Part shown: positions 58,994-64,000 of the stretch, piece by piece | Layout of the letters: each line of letters opens with the position of its first letter | How positions within the stretch are numbered: position 1 is the stretch's first letter | Source: an uncultured Clostridia bacterium | Lineage (GTDB): Bacteria > Bacillota > Clostridia > TANB77 > CAG-508 | Assembly (NCBI GenBank): GCA_947581825.1 | Contig: CANPVP010000002.1 | Location: 104,747 to 168,746 of the forward strand | Length of the DNA: 64,000 bases | Direction: 5' to 3' | Made by a program: the position numbers and the translations under genes | The notes under the pieces: model-generated | Database searches by the model: none | What the model saw: the letters and a program-made list of their open reading frames with translations, nothing else | Told to the model about the DNA's origin: nothing

Positions 58994-59707
58994 ATGTCAG
59001 TATATACTATAGCTGATTTGCATTTATCTTTTAATGAAAACAAACCAATGGATATTTTCGGTGATATATGGAATAAACATGAAGAGAAGATAAGAAAAAA
59101 CTGGATAGAGAATGTTAGAAATGAGGATTTAGTTGTATTACCCGGAGATTTCTCATGGTCTATGAAATTAGAAGATACATATAAGGATTTTGAATACTTA
59201 GAAAATCTTCCAGGAACTAAAATTCTTTTAAAAGGCAATCATGATTATTGGTGGTCAACAATTACGAAGATGAATCAGTTTATTAAAGATAGTAATTTTA
59301 AAACAATAAATTTTCTACAAAATAATAGTTATGAAACTGAAAATGCTATTATTGCAGGAACTAGAGGATGGGTTATAAATGATATAGAAAATGAAAAGAT
59401 TATAAATAGAGAGTTGGAAAGATTAAAATTATCCTTACAAGATGCAAAAAGCAGAGTAGAAAAAAGTGAGAAAGAAAAAGAAATAATAGTGTTTATGCAT
59501 TATCCGCCAGTAACATATCAAGCAATGAATTCTTTAGAAATTTTAAAGTTTGTTGAAATAATGAAACAATATAATATAAAAAGATGCTATTATGGACATT
59601 TACATAGTGATTCAATAAAGACAGCAGTTGAAGGAGAGATACAAGGAATAGAATTTAAACTAATTAGTGCAGATTATTTAAAATTTAATCCACTAAAAGT
59701 ATTATAG
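58994..59707 (+). CDS. calcineurin-like metallophosphoesterase
   Basis: Motifs DLHL (ADLHLS), GDFS (PGDFSW), GNHD (KGNHDYWW), and YGHLH (YYGHLHSD). Confidence 0.7.
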   Translation: MSVYTIADLHLSFNENKPMDIFGDIWNKHEEKIRKNWIENVRNEDLVVLPGDFSWSMKLEDTYKDFEYLENLPGTKILLKGNHDYWWSTITKMNQFIKDSNFKTINFLQNNSYETENAIIAGTRGWVINDIENEKIINRELERLKLSLQDAKSRVEKSEKEKEIIVFMHYPPVTYQAMNSLEILKFVEIMKQYNIKRCYYGHLHSDSIKTAVEGEIQGIEFKLISADYLKFNPLKVL

Positions 59708-59778
59708 ACACGGAGATTGTTTTTTCAAAGATAAATTCGAAAAATCTAAGATAAAAACTCTATCTCCGTGTCTATATG

Positions 59779-61257
59779 TTATAGAATTATACAGATTAAT
59801 CCGCCACTACCTTCATTTATTATTTGTTCTAATGTTTCTTGCAGTTTACCTTGTGCATCTTCAGGCATACGAGATAGTTTATTTTGTAAGCCTTCATTTA
59901 CTAGTTCATGCAAACTTTTTCCAAAAATATTAGATTCCCAAATTTTAATTGGGTCACTTTCAAATTCAGAAAGTAGATAGTTTACTAAGTCTTCAGACTG
60001 CTTTTCACTTCCAACAATAGGAGAAACTTCAGTTTCGATGTCGGCACGAATCATATGAATTGATGGAGCTTTGGCACGAAGTTTTACTCCAAATCTAGAA
60101 CCTTGTTTTACCATTTCAGGCTCTTCAAGAATTAATTCTTCGATTGAAGGGCTAACAATTCCATAACCTTTTGCACGAACCTCTTCTAAAGCATAAGCAA
60201 TTTTATCATATTCCTTTTTTCTAGAAGCAAACTCGGTAATGATTGAAAACAAATCAGCTTCATTTGAAATCGAAACACCTGAGATTTCTGTTAATACATT
60301 ATAAAATAAAGATTCGTTAATTGTTATTAAAATAGATGCAGAACCATTTCCTAAATCAATTGATTGTAAACTAGTATTTGTTATAATATCAGTTTTTTGT
60401 ATTTGTGTTACAGAATTATCTATTTGCTTTATGAGTTTAATACCAGAAAAAGCAGTTTTTATTTCAGAATATAATGTTTGTTTTAATGAATGATTGTCAG
60501 GAAGACCATCAATCCATTTAGGATATGATATATTTATAGTATCTATAGGAAATTCATATAGAATTTTACTAAAAATATTATTTATATCTTGATTACTTAG
60601 ATTAGAACAATCAATAGCTACTACAGGTGTTGAATATTTAGATTCTAAGTCTGAAGCTAAAGCGGTTGTATAATCTGAAGTAGGATCATTTGAATTTAAA
60701 ACAATAACAAAAGGTTTATTAAGAGCCTTTAATTCATTTACAACACGTTCTTCAGCTTCAATATAGTCTTCACGAGGAATATCAGTTATACTACCATCAG
60801 TTGTTATTAAAACTCCAATAGTTGAATGCTCTTCAATAACTTTTTTTGTACCAATCTCAGCAGCTAATTCAAATGGCATTTCTTCTGTTGACCATGGAGT
60901 TTTTACCATTCTAGGAACATCATCTTCTAAATAACCTAAAGCATTATTAACTAAATAGCCAACACAATCAACAAGACGTGTTTTTAATTTTAAATTATCT
61001 CCAATATTAATTTCTACAGCTTCGTTAGGAACAAATTTGGGCTCTGTTGTCATAATTGTTCTGCCAGCAGCACTTTGAGGAAGTTCATCTCTGGCACGTT
61101 CTTTTTTGTATTCATTATTTATATTAGGAATAACCAATAAATCCATAAATTGTTTTATAAACGTGGACTTTCCTGTCCTTACAGGGCCAACAACACCAAC
61201 ATAAATGTCACCACCTGTACGAGTTTGTATATCTTGATAGATATCTAAATTTTCCAT
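59779..61257 (-). CDS. spoIVA: stage IV sporulation protein A
   Basis: N-terminal Walker A GVVGPVRTGKSTFIKQFM, 492 aa, very high conservation. Confidence 0.95.
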   Translation of the reverse strand: MENLDIYQDIQTRTGGDIYVGVVGPVRTGKSTFIKQFMDLLVIPNINNEYKKERARDELPQSAAGRTIMTTEPKFVPNEAVEINIGDNLKLKTRLVDCVGYLVNNALGYLEDDVPRMVKTPWSTEEMPFELAAEIGTKKVIEEHSTIGVLITTDGSITDIPREDYIEAEERVVNELKALNKPFVIVLNSNDPTSDYTTALASDLESKYSTPVVAIDCSNLSNQDINNIFSKILYEFPIDTINISYPKWIDGLPDNHSLKQTLYSEIKTAFSGIKLIKQIDNSVTQIQKTDIITNTSLQSIDLGNGSASILITINESLFYNVLTEISGVSISNEADLFSIITEFASRKKEYDKIAYALEEVRAKGYGIVSPSIEELILEEPEMVKQGSRFGVKLRAKAPSIHMIRADIETEVSPIVGSEKQSEDLVNYLLSEFESDPIKIWESNIFGKSLHELVNEGLQNKLSRMPEDAQGKLQETLEQIINEGSGGLICIIL

Positions 61258-61415
61258 TTATAAGTACCTCCTTAGAAAATGTTTGTACATTGTAACTTTA
61301 CTAATTTATATGAAGATGAAAAAAGAATATTCCAAAACATATGTAAAAATATACAAAATATTAATCAAAATTTATTAGAATACATATTATAAATTATAGG
61401 GAATAAATAAGAATT

Positions 61416-61447
61416 GCTTTTTTTGTGTTGATGTGTTAGAATACAAA
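61416..61447 (+). promoter_or_regulatory. sigma-A promoter TTGCTT-N17-TAGAAT with TG-extended -10, for glmU
   Basis: ttgctttttttgtgttgatgtgtTAGAAT, about 35 nt upstream of the glmU ATG. Confidence 0.45.
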
Positions 61448-61479
61448 ATTAGAAAGCATTCATTTGGGAGGTAAATAAA

Positions 61480-62745
61480 ATGGCAGATGAAATAGTAGCA
61501 GTTATAATGGCAGCAGGAAAAGGAACTAGAATGAAAACAAATAAATCAAAAGTTGTACATAAAATATATGGAAAAGAATTAGTAAAAAGAGTAGTGGAAA
61601 CAGCTCAAAAATTAAATGTAGATGATATAATAACTGTTGTAGGCTATAAAAAAGAGCAAGTTCAAGCAGTATTAGGCGATAGCGTAAAATATGCTGTTCA
61701 AGAAGAAATGTTAGGAACAGGGCATGCTGTACTTCAAGCAGAAAAATATTTAAAAGACAAAACAGGAAAAGTTATTATTTTATCAGGAGATGTGCCAATA
61801 CTTAGAGCAGAAACTTTGAGAAAATTAATCGAAAAAAGTATTCATGATAAAGAATATGCTACAGTTCTTACTGCAAAATATGACAATCCAACAGGATACG
61901 GAAGAATATTAAGAGATATAGGTGGAAGTGTTAAAGCAATTGTAGAAGAAAAAGATGCAACACCAGCTCAACGTGCAATAAAAGAAATTAATGCAGGAGT
62001 ATATTGCTTTGATATACAAGAACTTTTAAAAGCTTTAAAGGAATTAAAGCCAGATAATGCACAAGGAGAATATTATTTACCAGATGCAATAAGAATAATG
62101 AATGATAAAGGACTAAAAACAGGTGCAATAATAATTGAAGACAATACTGAAATATTAGGTATAAATGATAGAGCTCAACTAGAATTGCTTACGAGAGTTT
62201 TAAAAAATCGTATAAATAAAGAACATATGGCAAACGGAGTTACTATAGAAGATAGTGATAATACATACATATATGATGATGTCGTAATAGGAAGAGATAC
62301 AGTTATTCATCCAAATACAACAATAAAATCAGGAGTAGAAATAGGTGAAGACTGTGAAATTGGTCCTAATGCATATATAAGAGAAGGATGCAAATTAGCT
62401 AATAATGTAAAAATAGGAAGCTTTGTAGAAATAAAAAAAGCAATAATAGGTGAAGGCACAAAAGTACCACATTTATCATATATAGGAGATTGTGAAATTG
62501 GAGAAAAAACAAATATTGGATGTGGAACAATAACATGCAACTATGATGGATTTAATAAAAGTAAAACTATTATAGGAAACAGATCTTTTGTTGGATCAAA
62601 TGTTAATTTAGTTGCACCAGTAGAAATAGGAGATAATACTTTTATTGCAGCAGGTTCAACAATAACAGAAGATGTTCCAGCAGATTCATTAGCAATAGCA
62701 AGACAAAGACAATTAAATAAAGAAGGTTGGAACAAAAAAGATTAA
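61480..62745 (+). CDS. glmU: bifunctional GlcNAc-1-phosphate uridyltransferase / GlcN-1-phosphate acetyltransferase GlmU
   Basis: AVIMAAGKGTRMK NTP-transferase motif and C-terminal left-handed beta-helix ending NYDGFNKSKTIIG...AIARQRQ. Confidence 0.9.
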   Translation: MADEIVAVIMAAGKGTRMKTNKSKVVHKIYGKELVKRVVETAQKLNVDDIITVVGYKKEQVQAVLGDSVKYAVQEEMLGTGHAVLQAEKYLKDKTGKVIILSGDVPILRAETLRKLIEKSIHDKEYATVLTAKYDNPTGYGRILRDIGGSVKAIVEEKDATPAQRAIKEINAGVYCFDIQELLKALKELKPDNAQGEYYLPDAIRIMNDKGLKTGAIIIEDNTEILGINDRAQLELLTRVLKNRINKEHMANGVTIEDSDNTYIYDDVVIGRDTVIHPNTTIKSGVEIGEDCEIGPNAYIREGCKLANNVKIGSFVEIKKAIIGEGTKVPHLSYIGDCEIGEKTNIGCGTITCNYDGFNKSKTIIGNRSFVGSNVNLVAPVEIGDNTFIAAGSTITEDVPADSLAIARQRQLNKEGWNKKD

Positions 62746-62765
62746 TAAAATTAAACATTACTCAA

Positions 62766-62798
62766 AAAGAGAAAGCAGTTTTGCTCTCTCTTTTTTTG
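62766..62798. terminator. bidirectional terminator (aagagaaagca-gttt-tgctctctctt-TTTTTT)
   Basis: Lies between convergent glmU (+) and 62842 (-). Confidence 0.55.
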
Positions 62799-62841
62799 TT
62801 ATTCATTTTTATATTGTTTTCAAAATTATAATGAAAACATA

Positions 62842-63219
62842 CTATAATTCCTGATTACCAGGAATTAAATAATCAACTATACCATATATAACAGCACCTA
62901 TTATTGCTGCTATCCAAGATATTGAATAACCAACAACAAAATATTGTGTTACATATAATGTAATTGCTGCTAATACAAAACCTACAAAACCTTTACCAAA
63001 AGGACTAGCATTGATACCTGTAAATTTTACAATTAGATAATCCATTATAGTAAGAACAACAGTAGCAATTGCTAATGCCCAAATACTATTTATTGTAAAA
63101 CCAGGAGTAAAGAATGCTGTTATAGCAAGAACTACGGCAGCACCAATCATTCTGCCAACTATTTGCCAGACTGTGCTAGAACCATTGGAAGTTTGAGTAT
63201 TACCTTGATTGTTAGCCAT
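62842..63219 (-). CDS. holin-like 4-TM small membrane protein (PF04020/YvlD-like)
   Basis: 125 aa, four TM helices, Gly-rich. Ribosome binding site AAGGAGG. Confidence 0.45.
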   Translation of the reverse strand: MANNQGNTQTSNGSSTVWQIVGRMIGAAVVLAITAFFTPGFTINSIWALAIATVVLTIMDYLIVKFTGINASPFGKGFVGFVLAAITLYVTQYFVVGYSISWIAAIIGAVIYGIVDYLIPGNQEL

Positions 63220-63377
63220 GATTACAACCTCCTTAATTTATATTAGTAATTTAAATTTTTGCATGTTTTATAAATATATTATTCTCACAAAAAAATATTT
63301 TATACATTTCTAAAAAAAGAATAATTTTTAATCTTTTTGGAAAAATATAATTAAAACAAATAATGTGAGGTAAAAAA

Positions 63378-64000
63378 ATGATAACAACTTTTTTAAGAGC
63401 AATAATACTATACATATTTGTATTAATTGTTATGAGATTAATGGGGAAAAGAGAAATAGGTCAGCTACAACCATTTGAATTAGTAATATCAATGATGATA
63501 GCAGATTTAGCAGCTATACCATTAACAGAAGACGGAGTTCCATTATTTAAAGGAGTAATATCAATATTAGGATTATTAGTAATGCATTTAATGATATCTG
63601 TTATAAATATGAAAAGTGTAAAATTAAGAGCGATAATTTGTGGAAAACCTAAGATACTAATATATAGAGGAAAAATAAATGTAAAAGCATTAATAAAAGA
63701 AAGATTTACAATAAATGAATTACAAGAGAAACTAAGAACAAATGGAGTTATGAGTTTAGCTGATGTAGAATATGCAATACTAGAAACAAGTGGGGATTTA
63801 AGTGTTGTCCAAAAACCTAATAAAAGAACAGCAACTCCAGAAGACTTTAATATAGAACCAGAATATGAAGGAATTCCATATGATTTAGTAATTGATACAA
63901 AAGTTCAACATGAAAATTTAAAAATATTAGGTAAAGATTATAAATGGCTAGAAAAAGAATTAAAAAAATTTGGCTTTAAGCCAGAAGAAGCTCTAATAGT
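63378..64000 (+). CDS. DUF421 (YetF-like) membrane protein, 3' partial at window end
   Basis: Two N-terminal TM helices then the conserved C-terminal YetF domain start (LRAIICGKPKILIYRGKIN). GAGGT ribosome binding site. Confidence 0.6.
   Translation, partial: MITTFLRAIILYIFVLIVMRLMGKREIGQLQPFELVISMMIADLAAIPLTEDGVPLFKGVISILGLLVMHLMISVINMKSVKLRAIICGKPKILIYRGKINVKALIKERFTINELQEKLRTNGVMSLADVEYAILETSGDLSVVQKPNKRTATPEDFNIEPEYEGIPYDLVIDTKVQHENLKILGKDYKWLEKELKKFGFKPEEALI

Noticed and set aside
58768-59238. 156-aa minus-strand ORF overlapping the start of the metallophosphoesterase gene
   Set aside because: Its N-terminal two-thirds is antisense to a conserved phosphoesterase and has no ribosome binding site. 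Only the C-terminal about 35 codons fall in the intergenic GC-rich island, which is reported separately as a finding.

Overview
This is a very AT-rich (about 27% GC) Firmicutes, Clostridium-like chromosomal segment. It is densely packed with housekeeping genes, and there is no transposase, integrase or CRISPR array.

From left to right the window holds:
- trmB, interrupted by a frameshift
- an MFS transporter (-)
- a yqeG-type HAD phosphatase
- an A24 prepilin peptidase
- an M24 Xaa-Pro aminopeptidase
- efp plus a co-transcribed zinc-ribbon protein
- an M23 peptidase (-)
- upp
- tRNA-Trp(CCA) (-)
- a cmk-like kinase
- murD
- a Bce/lantibiotic-type resistance module (OmpR response regulator, ABC ATPase, frameshifted ABC-2 permease, intramembrane-sensing histidine kinase)
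- a Tyr/Asn-rich protein
- a CBS-pair protein
- an AI-2E/YtvI-like transporter
- an SPFH/NfeD pair (-)
- mltG
- a protein with a degenerate P-loop
- an XRE regulator (-) facing a coupled pair of a PP-loop ATP-pyrophosphatase-like protein and a second MurD-family ligase
- nth (-)
- rpmB (-)
- the hrcA-grpE-dnaK-dnaJ operon, with two CIRCE-like elements
- an AIM24-family gene with a charged hypothetical partner
- rimO
- a Cache/hybrid histidine kinase with two receiver domains, followed by an orphan solute-binding protein
- rny
- a sortase plus an LPKTG pilin-like protein that lacks a membrane anchor
- an alpha-glucan phosphorylase
- a membrane-anchored CAP-domain protein
- asnB (-)
- pyk
- a lipoprotein/beta-helix membrane protein (-)
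- miaB
- mutS
- a K/E-repeat membrane protein
- lysS
- an M50 protease
- tsaD
- a metallophosphoesterase
- spoIVA (-)
- glmU
- a holin-like protein (-)
- a partial DUF421 gene

The most interesting candidate is the XRE / PP-loop / MurD-paralog module at about 19.3-22.6 kb, which is a possible non-canonical peptidoglycan-precursor tailoring system. Other leads are the anchor-less LPKTG pilin next to a sortase, several strongly ribosome-binding-site-backed micro-ORFs, a dual CIRCE architecture, and a GC-rich intergenic island that looks like a structured RNA.
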